A stretch of 63,862 bases of DNA, filler included, from 11 parts of 11 records of this genome joined end to end with filler, not necessarily neighbours in it, one strand, 5' to 3'. Positions 34,549-46,862 are shown, numbered from the whole stretch's first letter. Numbers and translations: made by a program. Notes: a model not told the origin generated them from the letters alone.

Positions 34549-34648
34549 CTTGAACCCGGCCGAGTGGCTCGGCAGCGCGACGGCCGCTCCAACGGATGAA
34601 GAGCCGGATCGATGAACCCGGCCTGAACCGAAGGCGCCGCCACCCTCG

Positions 34649-36337
34649 ATGATTCGCAGCGGCACAGAGCCGAGTTCAGGGACAGCACCCATGCCTCCGC
34701 TGCTGCAGGAGCTGTGCGCCGACGCGGTGGCCGGGCTGCATCGGGCGCTGGCGCCGTGCTCGCTGGCCCGGCTACCGGCGCACAGCCTGCTCCGGATCCT
34801 GGGGCACTGGCTGGCGGCCGGGCCTACCGCGGCCCAACTCCGGCTACTCCACGGGTCGGACCAGCTGGCCGCGCTCAGCCTGACCCGGGTGCCCCCGCCC
34901 AACCTGGCCGGCATCCTATTCGCACTCAGCGCCCCGGCCTTTCCCGGGCTCCGCAGGCTGGAACTGTCGCAGCTGGGCCGGGTGGGTCCCACCGGGCTCT
35001 CGCAGCTCCGTTGCCCGGGGCTCGCCGCCCTGAGCATCAGCCAGGCCCAACTAGCCCCGGCCGGGCTGCGGGCGGTCTGCTGCCACCTGAGTCTGCGCGA
35101 GCTCCGGCTTCAGGACGCTGGGCTGGCGCTGGGCCCGGCGGAGGCTGGGCTGCTCCCGGCCGGGCTCACCGAGCTGGACCTCTCCGGGAACCAGCTGACC
35201 GACCAGACCGTGTGGGCGCTGGCAGATCGGTGCCCGGGGCTGGTCAGGCTCGGGCTGGGCTGCTCGACGGTCGGGTCGGAGGCCGCGTGGGGGCTGTGCA
35301 GGCTGGCGCTCCAACAGCTCGACCTGTCGCTCTCGCAGTTTGGCAGGGAGGGGCTGCTGGCGCTCAGTCGGGCCGCTGAACGGCTGACCGAGCTCCGGCT
35401 GGTGGGCACCCCGGCGGCGGCATGCTTTGAGGCGGCGGCCGGGATGGAGCGGCTGGAGAGTCTAACTCTCGGGCACAGCGGCGCCAACGACCAGACCCTC
35501 TCCCTGCTGGGCAGGCACCCGAGGCTCACAGCGATAGACCTGTCACAGACAGCGGCCCAATCGCCGGCCCAGCTGCCGCCCGGGCTGCGATCGATCAGGG
35601 CCGGGTTCAGCGGGATGGGCGACGCGCTCTGCTTCCGGCTGGCCGAGCTGAGCTCAAATCCTGAGCTGGCGCCCCTCACAGAGCTCGACCTCTCTGGGAG
35701 CAAGCTAACCGCCGCTGGGCTCCCCGCGCTGGCCCAGTGCCGGGGACTCGAGCAGCTCGGACTGGGCCAGCTATCCTGGCTGTCAGATCAGTCTCTGGGC
35801 GAGCTGCTGGCTGAGCTGCCCAGGCTGACGGAGCTGCAGCTGAGTGGCTGCACCAAACTGACCAACCTCCGGCCAATCGGCCGGCTGGAAAGGCTAGAAA
35901 GGCTGCTCTGCGCTGACACCGGGCTGGAGGCCACGCAGCTGAGCTGGCTGCACAACTCGCTCACGCTGAAGCGGCTGGAGCTAAGGGGCTGCGCTGGCAG
36001 GTTTGACTGGTCGACTGCGGAGCGGGCGCTGCTGGCCAGGCTGCCGGAGATCGAAATAATCGGGGCCGACGGCCAGCTGAGGGCCAACCAGCAGGCGGTC
36101 AACAGCTGCGAGCTTGGACCCGTGGCGCCGAGTCAGCCATCGCCAAAGCCCAGCGGGAGGCGAGCCAAACGTGTGTACAGTCCGGGGGTGCTACGGCAGC
36201 TGAGGGTGGCGACATCTACCCGGCCCGAGGGCTTGGCTAACTTGGAGTGCGTTCGGCCTCTCTGGACTGTGACAGATGTGGGCCTCAATCCATATGTAGC
36301 GCCATTCACTCCTCGATCGACTTTACCATCAAGCTGA
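34649..36337 (+). CDS. RNI-like LRR protein with C-terminal eIF4E-binding-like and PAM2-like motifs
   Basis: Many LxxLDLSxxxLT repeats; the tail contains KRVYSPGVLRQLR and GLNPYVAPFTP. Confidence 0.85.
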   Translation: MIRSGTEPSSGTAPMPPLLQELCADAVAGLHRALAPCSLARLPAHSLLRILGHWLAAGPTAAQLRLLHGSDQLAALSLTRVPPPNLAGILFALSAPAFPGLRRLELSQLGRVGPTGLSQLRCPGLAALSISQAQLAPAGLRAVCCHLSLRELRLQDAGLALGPAEAGLLPAGLTELDLSGNQLTDQTVWALADRCPGLVRLGLGCSTVGSEAAWGLCRLALQQLDLSLSQFGREGLLALSRAAERLTELRLVGTPAAACFEAAAGMERLESLTLGHSGANDQTLSLLGRHPRLTAIDLSQTAAQSPAQLPPGLRSIRAGFSGMGDALCFRLAELSSNPELAPLTELDLSGSKLTAAGLPALAQCRGLEQLGLGQLSWLSDQSLGELLAELPRLTELQLSGCTKLTNLRPIGRLERLERLLCADTGLEATQLSWLHNSLTLKRLELRGCAGRFDWSTAERALLARLPEIEIIGADGQLRANQQAVNSCELGPVAPSQPSPKPSGRRAKRVYSPGVLRQLRVATSTRPEGLANLECVRPLWTVTDVGLNPYVAPFTPRSTLPSS

Positions 36338-36535
36338 AAGCTTCTACTGAAATATTAATACTTGTACGAGTATAGCACAAGACTATAACAAGCCTACTAG
36401 TACTACAAGTATAGTTTAGGTACTTAATTAACTAAAAACCTCAGGCACAAGCTACGCAGGACTTCATCGCATTCTAATTGATTCAGCAATGGTAATCTCA
36501 TCGGCCTGCACAATCATGTAAGATGCTAGCTTTGC

Positions 36536-37876
36536 TTATTTAGGCAGCAGCTCGCCATGCCACGCATTGCAATCCATCCGCACACGGTAGTGTGACCACT
36601 CTCGCTCGAAGACGCCCTGGCTGACCTCCTGACACGCCCCCCGCGGCTCTCCCACGTCAAGATCGAGCTGGGCCGGCAGCACAAAGTGGCCGTCCTCGGG
36701 CGGGGCGGGGCTGGCCGGCTGGCTGCCGTGAGTGCACCCAAGCCACTGTGTGCCCAACCAGGCGTACTCGCCGCGCACCAGCAGGAACATAGCAATATCC
36801 TGCTCGGCCGCCCGAAACGGAAAGGCCGGCCGCGCGTGGTGGCTCGTAGTGCCAGTCCATTCGTAGAACAGCGGCGCCCGGCGAATGGGTGCATCGGGCG
36901 TACAGGCCTGGCGCAGGAAGCTCTGGCAGCTGGAGCGGGCCCCAGAGAGCCCTGTTCTGTTGCGCCCAAACTGAACAGTGGAGGCCATCATCTGCCAGCT
37001 GTACCCGCCCCGCTCGACTAGCTTCTGGGACAGGCTGTCGACGGTCAGCTGCCACTCCGCAGTGAGCGCGCGCACATCGGCCGGCTGCAGGCCTGTATCT
37101 TGAATGCAGTGGTAGTCCAACTCAGTCGGCCCGCCTGTCTTGAACATTTGGCACTGTTTGGTGTAGTCCGGTGCCCCCGGCGGCGACGGGGTTGGCTTGA
37201 TCTGCCATCCGTCGTCCAGGAAGAACCCATCGACTTCCGGACTGCCCAGCCCAGTCGGCCCTAGCACGTACTGCTCAATCAGAAAATTGCGGAGCATCGA
37301 CCCGTTCCGGTGGTCCCAAAGGTACTCGCCGCACGGCAGCCGGCCGCAGTCGCACGAGCCGCCGCACGACTGCCACGGATCCACTCCTGGCCCGGGCGGC
37401 TGCGGGGTGGTGGCGTTCTGATCGTGGTAGAGCTCAGAGCACCTGGCCGGCTCGTAGTGCTGGTCGCATGCGGGCACGTGCCACGGGCGGCGGGAGGGGT
37501 CGAATCGGATGAAGAAGCCGCTGTAGGCCGGGTCCTCCAGCTTGGGCCGGACGGAGCTCATCCAAGGCAGGGCCTTGACTAAGTTCTTGTAGATCCAGAC
37601 CTTGGTCCGCGGGTCCCAACGCTTGGTCCGGCGAGCCTGCTCGAGCAGCCGCTCCTCGCAGTCCATCGGCTTCTGGCTGGCCCACTGCTGCTTGGCGTTG
37701 GACCAGTCGAACGACACCACCCCGAACCGGGCGCTGAACGAGGGGTCGAAGTAGCCGGAGTAGTTGCACGGCTGGAGCATGCTCGACCGGTTGAGCTGCC
37801 ATGTCGGGGCCCAGCGAGGCAGCGGGTGCTGAGCCCCGGCCAGCCCGACCAGCAGCATCACAGCCGGCAGCACCAT
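36536..37876 (-). CDS. Secreted putative glycoside hydrolase (uncharacterised protist family)
   Basis: Signal peptide MVLPAVMLLVGLAGA; PCNYSG, SFDWSN, VDGFFLDD, FLLVRGEYAWLG and FEREWS motifs. Function is inferred. Confidence 0.65.
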   Translation of the reverse strand: MVLPAVMLLVGLAGAQHPLPRWAPTWQLNRSSMLQPCNYSGYFDPSFSARFGVVSFDWSNAKQQWASQKPMDCEERLLEQARRTKRWDPRTKVWIYKNLVKALPWMSSVRPKLEDPAYSGFFIRFDPSRRPWHVPACDQHYEPARCSELYHDQNATTPQPPGPGVDPWQSCGGSCDCGRLPCGEYLWDHRNGSMLRNFLIEQYVLGPTGLGSPEVDGFFLDDGWQIKPTPSPPGAPDYTKQCQMFKTGGPTELDYHCIQDTGLQPADVRALTAEWQLTVDSLSQKLVERGGYSWQMMASTVQFGRNRTGLSGARSSCQSFLRQACTPDAPIRRAPLFYEWTGTTSHHARPAFPFRAAEQDIAMFLLVRGEYAWLGTQWLGCTHGSQPASPAPPEDGHFVLPAQLDLDVGEPRGACQEVSQGVFEREWSHYRVRMDCNAWHGELLPK

Positions 37877-37938
37877 GGCTTGGCAGATTGTCCGTTGCGG
37901 CAGCTGAGTCCTGTCAGCTGCAGCCAGCCCCTGATAAG

Positions 37939-38824
37939 ATGACTCGCGCCACCAGGGGTGCCGGCAGGTGGTGGGCGCGGGGCGATTGAGGGGCCGGGGC
38001 GAGTCGAGCCTGGTGGGCTCCAGGAGGTGAGCGCGGAGGTCCTTCAGTGCGATGGCTGGAGCTGGAGGCAGGATGACGCGGATGCGCTGGCCCGAGGTGC
38101 TGGTGTTGGCGGGACTCTTGTACAATCCAGCGTCTAAACCACATTTCAGCGTTGTCACAATAGTCCGGATTGTTGCGTGTGCAACGAGCATGCTTCAAAG
38201 CGACGTCGCATCTAATGGTCCTTGAGTCCAGAATTACCATCATTTCTGTCGATGATGATGGACGTCGGAGCAGTGCTGCAGATGTTTCATTCACTGTCGA
38301 CGCCGAGACTGCAGACGAGTCAGATGACACTGAATCGAATCTTTCCAACCTCCAGGCTGACACGAGCACGTTGAATACTGATCTTCGCCAGCAACATGAC
38401 GGTTGGAGTGCATCAGAGTCAGTACCAGAACCCTGCACATTTCAAAGTAGCCCACTTGGCTGCCATGCCAGCGCCAAATATCCCAGACATAAATCAGCTT
38501 GAGGATGGACAGGAAGACTTAGTGGAGCTGACCAGAGTTACGCAATCTCATCATTTCTTGGAAGAAAGCGCAACTAAGCGACGAGCAGGCATGCAAGATA
38601 GGCTCGATGCTCGCAGAGAAGAAATCCGGGGACGCCATGAGCTTCTCAGTGTCCCTGCCAGTCCAGGCTTTGTTGCGGTCATGGAAGACACCAAGATCAC
38701 CACTAATAGATTGCGAGCTCCCGCCACCCTTGAGGATCTTCCGCCTCCCCCACCTTTAGACTCGCCAAGATCGCCTGCGAAAATGGAGGATTCGCCTTCG
38801 AACAGACACTACTCTGACATGTAA
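37939..38824 (+). CDS. Hypothetical low-complexity protein (5' exons uncertain)
   Basis: ORFs 38170-38502 and 38396-38824 are joinable by intron 38402-38447. Confidence 0.35.
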
Positions 38825-38849
38825 TTTAACAAATGTAGAGCTTCTTTTT

Positions 38850-38949
38850 NNNNNNNNNNNNNNNNNNNNNNNNNNNNNNNNNNNNNNNNNNNNTTAATTA
38901 ATTAANNNNNNNNNNNNNNNNNNNNNNNNNNNNNNNNNNNNNNNNNNNN
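38850..38949. other. Artificial contig spacer
   Basis: N44-TTAATTAATTAA-N44. Confidence 0.99.
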
Positions 38950-41900
38950 GCTGATCTTCGGTTAGGTTCGTCGGGTTTACGATCATCTTCCTGCTGGCGC
39001 ACCAGGTCAAGTCTATTGTGGCTGAGAAGCAGCTTCGTATAAAAGAAGGTCAGCAGCGCTCGGCCGGCCGGTCGCTCACAGGTTGGGCAGGCATGCTCAT
39101 GATGGGACTCAAGAGCAGCGTGTGGTGGATGAGCTGGTTCGCAATCTACTTCGCCATATACGCGCTGGTCTCCCTGCTGGTCACCGCCGCCGCGTACGCG
39201 ATGCTGTTTCGTGAGGCGAACTTCCTGATCGTGTGGGGGTTCATCTTCACGTTCTTGATCTCCGTAATGGCGCTTGGAATGATGATTTCGGCCGTCTTCC
39301 TGGACCCCGGCACTGGCGCCATAACGGCCATATTCGTCTACCTGCTCGGCATATTCGCCCCATCGGCTCTTATCGGGCTCCAAACCACAGGCAAACTAGT
39401 GCTCTGTGTGCTTGTGTCGCCATTCGCGTTCTATTGGGGTCTGGCCATCTTAGGGAGCTACGAGGGTGCGGCACAGCCGATCGATTTCGACACGCTCGAG
39501 GCGGTTGAGGAGGTCGGCCGTGAGGATCCGATCAAGCTCACGACCTACTGGCTTGTGCTGCTGATAGATGTCGTGTTCTACATGCTGCTCGCTATCTATT
39601 TCGACCAGGTGCGCTATATTTAGACCAAGCTTGACACCGGTGCAGGTGGTACCCGGCGAGTTCGGCCCAAAGCGGCCGGCCTGGTTCCTCTGCCTTCCGT
39701 CGTACTGGCGAAGCTGCTGCTGCTCAGATGAGCCTCAGGAGGAGCCTGATGAGGGCACCGCGGGCGAGGAGCGACCTCTGTTGGGACACGCGCAGGCTGG
39801 GTTCGACCCGAAGCTGTTCCAGCCGGTGGATGAGACCAAGCTGGGCAGCCCCGCGATCAAAGTGAGGGGGCTGCGGAAGGAGTTCAGATCGCTTGGATTG
39901 ACCAAGGTAGCGGTTGAGGATTTCAGTTTGGACGTGTATGAGGGCCAGACGACCGCGCTGCTCGGGCATAATGGGGCGGGCAAGAGCACTACCTTCAACA
40001 TGCTCTCGGGGCTGATCCCGCCCACCCAGGGCGACGCGCTAGTTTATGGCAAGTCAATCACCCGCGATCTGGCGAGCGTTCGCTCGAATCTGGGGACTTG
40101 TCCGCAGGTGCGGCGGCCCGGCGGTTGCCGGGGCTGATGGTTGGGACAGCATGATGTGTTGTGGGACATGCTCACTGTGATCGAGCATTTGAAGTTGTTT
40201 GCGGGCCTCAAAGGCGTCCCAGACTCGATGCTTGACGCTATGTGCGATGAGACGATCACAGCAGTCGGGCTCTGGGAGAAACGGGACCAGTTCAGCGCAA
40301 CGCTCTCGGGAGGGCAGAAGCGCAAGCTGAGTATAGGCATGGCGATGGTAGGCAACTCACGGGTTTTATTTTTGGACGAGCCCACCTCTGGGATGGATCC
40401 TTACTCTCGCCGGGCGGCCTGGAGTGTGATCAGTCAGCACAAGCAAGGACACGGTGCGGCCTGCTGGCGGCGCTGGCTCTGAGGTGTGGATGGGCAGTTG
40501 TGATCTTCACCACTCATTTCATGGACGAAGCAGGTGACTGGCTGCTCATGTGAGTTGTGCTGAGGGGCTGGCTGTGCAGATCTACTGGGCGACTGCATCG
40601 CAATCATGTCGGAGGGCCGGCTGCGGTGCTGCGGCGACTCACTGTTCCTCAAGAAATATTGGGGAAGCGGGTATTTACTGACAATCAGCAAGAAAGTGGG
40701 TGTCAGCGCAGATCAAGAGAGTGAGCTCTCTGAGCAGCTTAGGAGTGCAGTGAAACGTCACGTGCCACTAGTGAACCTGAGCAAGGACTGTGTCGAAGCA
40801 GGGGCTGAGATGAGAATCAAGCTCCCCAAGGGCGGCACCCCGCAAGAGGAGGAGGAGCTCACCAAGCGACTGTTGGAGCTTTTTGTCGAGCTTGATCAGC
40901 TCAAGCAGGACTCTGCGATGGACTCGTGGGGCGTGTCGATGACCACCCTTGAGGAAGTATTCCTAGCCCTTGCAGAGAGCGAACGGACCATTCCAGAGAA
41001 GCAAAAGATCACATCTGGAGCCGGGCAAGTGGGCGAGCGCGAGCATGCAGCGTTTGGCGACCACTTCTGGGCCATTTTTGTGAAGCGGTTCAGGTCGGCT
41101 ACAAGGAATCAGTTTAATGCTTTGATGCAGATTGTGGTGCCACTTATTTTCATTCTCTTTGGATGCGTTGCGGTCAAATATGGGATTGCTTCAAACGACA
41201 ACAACATTGATCTGAACGCTAGCCAGTTCAACAGTCCTCTGTATATCCCATATTCTTGCACATCCTCTGCCGGTGGAGGAACCACGAGTAGCACGACAGC
41301 CAATTGTCCAGCTGATCAAGTCAGCACTCTGTCTTCTGGGGACACCAGCACTTTTGGTACAGACATTGCTAGCATGTCTCCTAGTACTCAGTTCACATGC
41401 AGCAGCAGCTATCGAGACACCGATCGAGTGGCTTACAACTGGGCCTTTGCAGACAAACCACACCTCACTGTGAGAGATCAGCGTGGCATCTATGCTGGAG
41501 GAAGTACAGGAGATCCTCAGGCTGTGGCTGGCGTGCTCACGGGCTCTTGCGTCCAGGACAACACATGCACTGGCTCGACGGTGGGGCTGTCGACAGGCGA
41601 GAGCGTCTCAATCCCAAACTTATATCAGTGCAACTCAGATACGAGCGATGTGGTCAAGATGTCCAACTACCTGTACCAGCAACGCTCGAGTGGCCAGGAC
41701 GGCAAATCCAAGTATGGGTCTCTACAGTTCAATTTCGACACCACCGCTGCCCAGCCTGTGCAGGCTTACAGCTATCTAGTGCAGTCGAACGGCTCAGCTA
41801 CGTTTGGTTCCGTCACTTATGCAAACATGGCCAATAATTTGCTTCTGAGGAAGCTCACAGGGTTGAGCACAGCTAGTATATCGTTGTCCATGCAAGCAGG

Positions 41901-44607
41901 CCCTGAGACTCATGCTGAAAAGGGCGTGGCAAAGCAGACAGTGGCACTCGTAATGTCCTTTTTCCTGATTATTGCATTCTCTATGGTGGCTGCCACGTTC
42001 ATATATGACTTGGTGATCGAGGTCCGAGTCAAGTCTAAGCACTTGCAGATGATCTCAGGATGCAGCCCTCTGGCATACTGGCTGGCAACGTACCTGTTTG
42101 ACTTAATCTACTACAGCGCAGCCGTGTGGGGAACAATTCTTATGGTGATTATCTTTGAGCAAGAGCAATTCTACAAAGAGAGCCAGTTCGCGCCCTTCTT
42201 AATTGTGTTTGTTGCCTATGGGCTTGCATGCATTCAAGTGACGTACGCACTCGTTTTTGCCTTCAAGGACGAGAACAATGCATTGGTATTTGGCATATTC
42301 TTTTATGTGTTTTGCGGGTTTCTGCTTTGCCTTCTGTCGTGGATGTTGAAGGGCATTGATCATAGCACGCGCGATGCCAACGAAGTAGTTCAGTATGTGC
42401 TTTACCTCTCTCCCCAGTATGCAATGGCAACGGGCATTTTGAATCTTCAGGAATACTACTACGACAAAGCGTTCGATGCACCTTCGTGCAAATGCAGTTA
42501 TAGCAGCCCATGGGATTTTGGCGTGACCGGCACTGCCATCACATATCTGCTATTGGAAGCAGTTTTCTTCTTTCTTGTAGTGCTCTGGGTCCAGAAATCC
42601 TCCACCAGCTTTGGTGGCTACATTACTTCGAGTCCGCATCCCCCGACTGAGCCCGAGATCGAGGTCGACATCGATGTGAGAGCAGAAGCCGTGGAACTCG
42701 ACGCCCTGGGCGATTTGAACCAGCTACCGGCTCATGTGTTTGACGAAAATCCGATTATAGTCAGGCATCTCCGTAAGGTATACCCGGCCCGAGGGAATTT
42801 CGCCTCGAAGGTTGCTGTCAAGGACGTCTCTTTCAAGGTTCCGGCTGGGAATGTGTTTGCCTACTTGGGTGTGAATGGGGCGGGTAAGACAACTTCCCTG
42901 TCGATCTTGTCGGGAGAGTTGCCTCCAACCAGTGGCGAGGGGCGGCTCGGAGGGATGGACATGCTCACGGAACGGGAATCGATCAACAAGATCATGGGCT
43001 ATTGCCCTCAGTTTGACGCGCTGTTCCCGTTACTCACAGGCAAGGAGCACCTGTACATGTATGCCAGGATCAAAGGAATTCCGAGTGAGGCCGAGGACGA
43101 AGTAGTCGAGAACATGATCAAGCTGATGGACCTGACTGACCACTGCGAACGACAAGCAGGCGGTTACTCTGGTGGCAACAAGCGCAAGCTGTCTGTCGCA
43201 ATTGCGCTGATGGGCAACCCGAAGATTGTCTTCCTTGATGGTAAGCTTACCTGCCTTTTGAAATGTGTAGCTGACACCGTGCTTGCTGCAGAGCCGTCCA
43301 CTGGAATGGATCCAGAAGTGAAACGCTACATGTGGCGGGTGATTTCTAGCACAATGGCTGGGCGCTCTGTCATCCTGACTACGCACTCCATGGAGGAGGC
43401 AGAGGCGCTGGCTCAGATCATAGGGATCATGTCTGCTGGTAATCTGCGGTGCATCGGATCCAACCAGCACTTGAAGGTCCCGCCTGCTTACCTGCCTGCT
43501 GTATGACTCCTGGCGCTGCAGGCTAGATTTGGGAAAGGGTATACTTTAGAGATTCGATGCGAGGAGGAGGCCAATCAAGGGATTCAGCAGTGGATGACTC
43601 AAACCTTCCCCAAGACAGACGCGAACAACGGAGCCAGGCTCGAGGAAGACTTAGATACCCAGCTCAAGTATCACATCCCCACCGATGGGCTATCACTGTC
43701 ACATGCCTGGGCTCTGGTAGAGCAGGGCAAACACGAGCACGGGGTGAGTGAGTATGTCATCACTCAAACTTCACTCGAACAGCTCTTCCTCAAGTTCGCT
43801 CCTGACCAGGAGGAGCCAGACCTGGATAATGCAGCGCTGGTCGCAGCATCTAGACATCCAGTGCCTAACTGCATCGACATGTTACTGTGCCGACCCGAGA
43901 GAGTCTACGAGTGGCATGTGACAGTCGAGAGCGAGGAGCAGCCGCTGCTGGTCAGGGTCGAGTTTGCTAGCGGGGCATGCCCCTGGTGCGACACCTGCGA
44001 CAACCGTGCGGTGGTCACAGTGAATGGTTCGCCTGTAATGCGGCTCGACGAGGAGGGCAGAGAGACAGACGAGGAGCTCGAGTTGAGTGGAATCGCCAAC
44101 CCTGGATGTGGCCTGAGCAGCTGCTGCGGTTGTACCAGCTGCTGTGGTTGTCAACGGATGGTGTGCTGTCGAGACGACCGGAACTGCTTCAGGCACTCGG
44201 GCAAACTATTCGAGCTCATCGACTACAATGAAATCCCATGCAGCACGCGCGCCCGACCAGTGTGGCTAATGGTTGACGGCAAAGAGGCCGATTCAGGCGT
44301 CTCGCGCAGATCATTCATGGCAAGTGTGTTTGAGCTGGCTGGGCAGAAATATTGCTGCCTGGTTGGAGTCCCACTCACCCTGGTGCTCATTCTAGGAATC
44401 TTGTGCATCACGAAGGGGGGTTGGTTGCTGGCGCTCCCAGCACTGAGCTGCCTGGTGCTATCTGGGATATATTGCATCTGTGGCAACTATTATGGTCGGC
44501 CGGCTCACTACCGAAACAGCTCGGACCTGCTCGAAGTGGCTGTCGATGTGCCTCCAGTACCGCCTCCAGGAGGCATGCTAATGCCCCCTTATGTTGACCC
44601 GGCGTGA
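38950..44607 (+). CDS. ABCA: ABCA-subfamily full transporter, 5'-partial, with extra C-terminal module
   Basis: TMD1-NBD1 (GHNGAGKST, LSGGQKRKL, LDEPTSGMDP) and TMD2-NBD2 (GVNGAGKTT, YSGGNKRKL, TTHSMEEAE). Introns 39049-39090, 39609-39645, 40108-40149, 40454-40497, 40534-40579, 43241-43291 and 43477-43521 restore the consensus motifs. Confidence 0.97.
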
Positions 44608-44860
44608 CATCTAGAACGAAGATGAACACAACATAGAATAGAAGGATTGAATTATTAAAATTCCAACCATACTCCTATAATACTCCTACACGCCTAAGTC
44701 ATTTGACTTACATGTGACCTCGTTGCACTTAATTAAGTCTCGTCTTAATTCTACATAGTCTAATTACATGGATGTCTCACATGATTGTATGGATTAGCAA
44801 TCATAACTTACGACCGGGCAATTATGGATTCAAAATTTGTGCTCCTATTTCACCACAAGT

Positions 44861-45334
44861 CTAGCTACGCGCCGCCTGTCGAAGAGTCATTATTTCCGTC
44901 TGGTACTCCTGGATTGTTCGTTCCATATATTCCTCCATGTTACTCAGCTTGACAGTTGCCATGGTCAGTTGCATCTTCAGTTCGGCCCTACCCGTCCGTC
45001 AGTGACACGACTGCAGCCCAGCCCACCGCTCTTTCTCAAGCTCCTTTTGTTTAGTCAAAGTGAACTCTCGCATCTCAAGCCGCAAAGAGGAGCTCCCGCT
45101 GTCGTCCTCACCTCGCTCTTTAAGTTTATTCTGCAGCTGTGGTGGCAAGTCAATGGCTGCCAGGCTATCAGTGGACACCTGCACGACCATGTCTGATAGC
45201 CGCTGTCGGGTGTTGTCGCCCGCAGTGATCACTTCGATTTGCTTGGCTAGGTGGTCCTGCGGCCATTCTCAGCCACAATCGATCCAACTCGGGCATTATC
45301 AGCCACAAACACCCACCCGCTCGAGCCGGACCCG
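44861..45334 (-). CDS. CCDC78: CCDC78-like coiled-coil C-terminus, 5'-partial
   Basis: Spliced MREFTLTKQKELEKERAELKMQLTMATVKLSNMEEYMERTIQEYQTEIMTLRQ resembles the CCDC78 C-terminus (recalled, not searched). Confidence 0.5.
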
Positions 45335-45434
45335 NNNNNNNNNNNNNNNNNNNNNNNNNNNNNNNNNNNNNNNNNNNNTTAATTAATTAANNNNNNNNNN
45401 NNNNNNNNNNNNNNNNNNNNNNNNNNNNNNNNNN
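45335..45434. other. Artificial contig spacer
   Basis: N44-TTAATTAATTAA-N44. Confidence 0.99.
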
Positions 45435-46862
45435 AGCAGCCAGGAGGGCGGCGCGAGAAGAGGCCAGGCAGGCTGCGGAAGCAGAGGTGGTCAGGAGGGC
45501 GGCGCAAGAAGAGGCAGCTAGGAGGGCCGAGGAGGAGGAGGTAACTGCCAGATGGGCCGCAGAGCAGGCAGCCGAAGCCCGCCGATCGAGGATGGCGGCG
45601 ATCGAGGATGTCGAACAAGAACTAGCCGCTCTTCAGGCGCTGGATAGGCAACAGAACGCCCAACGTGAGGCCCACAAAGAGCGGGCTGAGAGCGAACGCC
45701 GAAAATCGAAATTGACCCTGGCCGAGCGGGCACCCCAACCGCCGCCCGTGGTAACGGCAATGGAGAGTCCCCAAGACCATTTGATGGACCAGGAGCTCTC
45801 CAGGCTGCGGGCCGAGCTGGCCACTGAGGGCTTGCTGGCGGCCGATATAGGCCCGCTCAGCGGCGAAGCGCTGGTGGGCGCGGCCGAGAGGAACGCGGCC
45901 ATGCTCCACCAAGCCGCCCTGGCCGCCCGGCAAGCCGCCGACGAGGCTGTTGGGAGCAAGCAGCACAGGACTGCAGAGCAGGCGGCCGCTGCGGCCACCA
46001 CACGAGCGCGCCGGGCGGGTAACGCGGCAGCGCTGGCTCGGGCGGCGTGGGAGCGGCGGCCGGCCGACGATCCGGTCGAGCTGTCGCCGCCGTCGAACGA
46101 GGAGCGGGCGGGGTGGCTTCTGCCGGTGAGCCTACCCTAACCCTAAAGGTGGGCTGGCCTTACGGGCGTGGCAGGTCTGGATCTGCGCGGTGGACACAGT
46201 GGCGCGCCGGGCGATGGGGATGCGCTGGGCGGTCCGGAACTTCCGGCTCAACTGCATGCGGTTCTGGCGCTGCCAGGTCTCAAGGGAGGAGGCCGACCTC
46301 GCGTTCAGTGAGCTGCACCGCTCGATCTCGCCGCGCTCCACCCCCGAGCTGCCCCGGGCTCAGCACCCGCCGCCCCCGGTAGTCGAGTTCGATCTCCCGC
46401 ACGCGTGCCACTCGCCGGATGACGACTCGAGCAGGCACTCCGGCCAGCTTGCGAGGATCCGGCACAAGATTCGACACATCCAGGTGCCCCGGGCCCAGCC
46501 GGCGGCCGACCAACCAGCAGGCGCACCGGCAGAGTCCGCCGGATCCCGGGCGGCCTGTGCGGGTCCAGCTGCTCCGTCACAAGCTCAAGCTCAAGGAGAG
46601 CGAGCTGCCCGAGCAAGCACTGTGGGCCAACCGGCCCAACCCGACGCTGCTCGAGGCGGCTCGCCAGAGCACCACTGTGGCCGAGCTGGAGCGGCTTCGG
46701 CAGCGGCTGGTGGAGAGGGACGAGGCCGAGGCCCCGGAGGAGCTGCGCGAGGCTTTGTGGTGCGAGGCGCAGGCGGATGCGAGGGAGCGGATGGAATCGG
46801 CGCGGCGGAGGTTCGACCAAAGAGCCGAGCAGGCCGGGGTACTGCTCGAGCCTGGCTACTGA
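45435..46862 (+). CDS. Hypothetical coiled-coil protein, 5'-partial
   Basis: ORFs 45487-46140, 46190- and 46419-46862 are joined by short GT-AG introns. Confidence 0.55.

Noticed and set aside
46131-46147. Telomere-like CCCTAACCCTAAA
   Set aside because: Only two units, inside a short intron; insufficient evidence.
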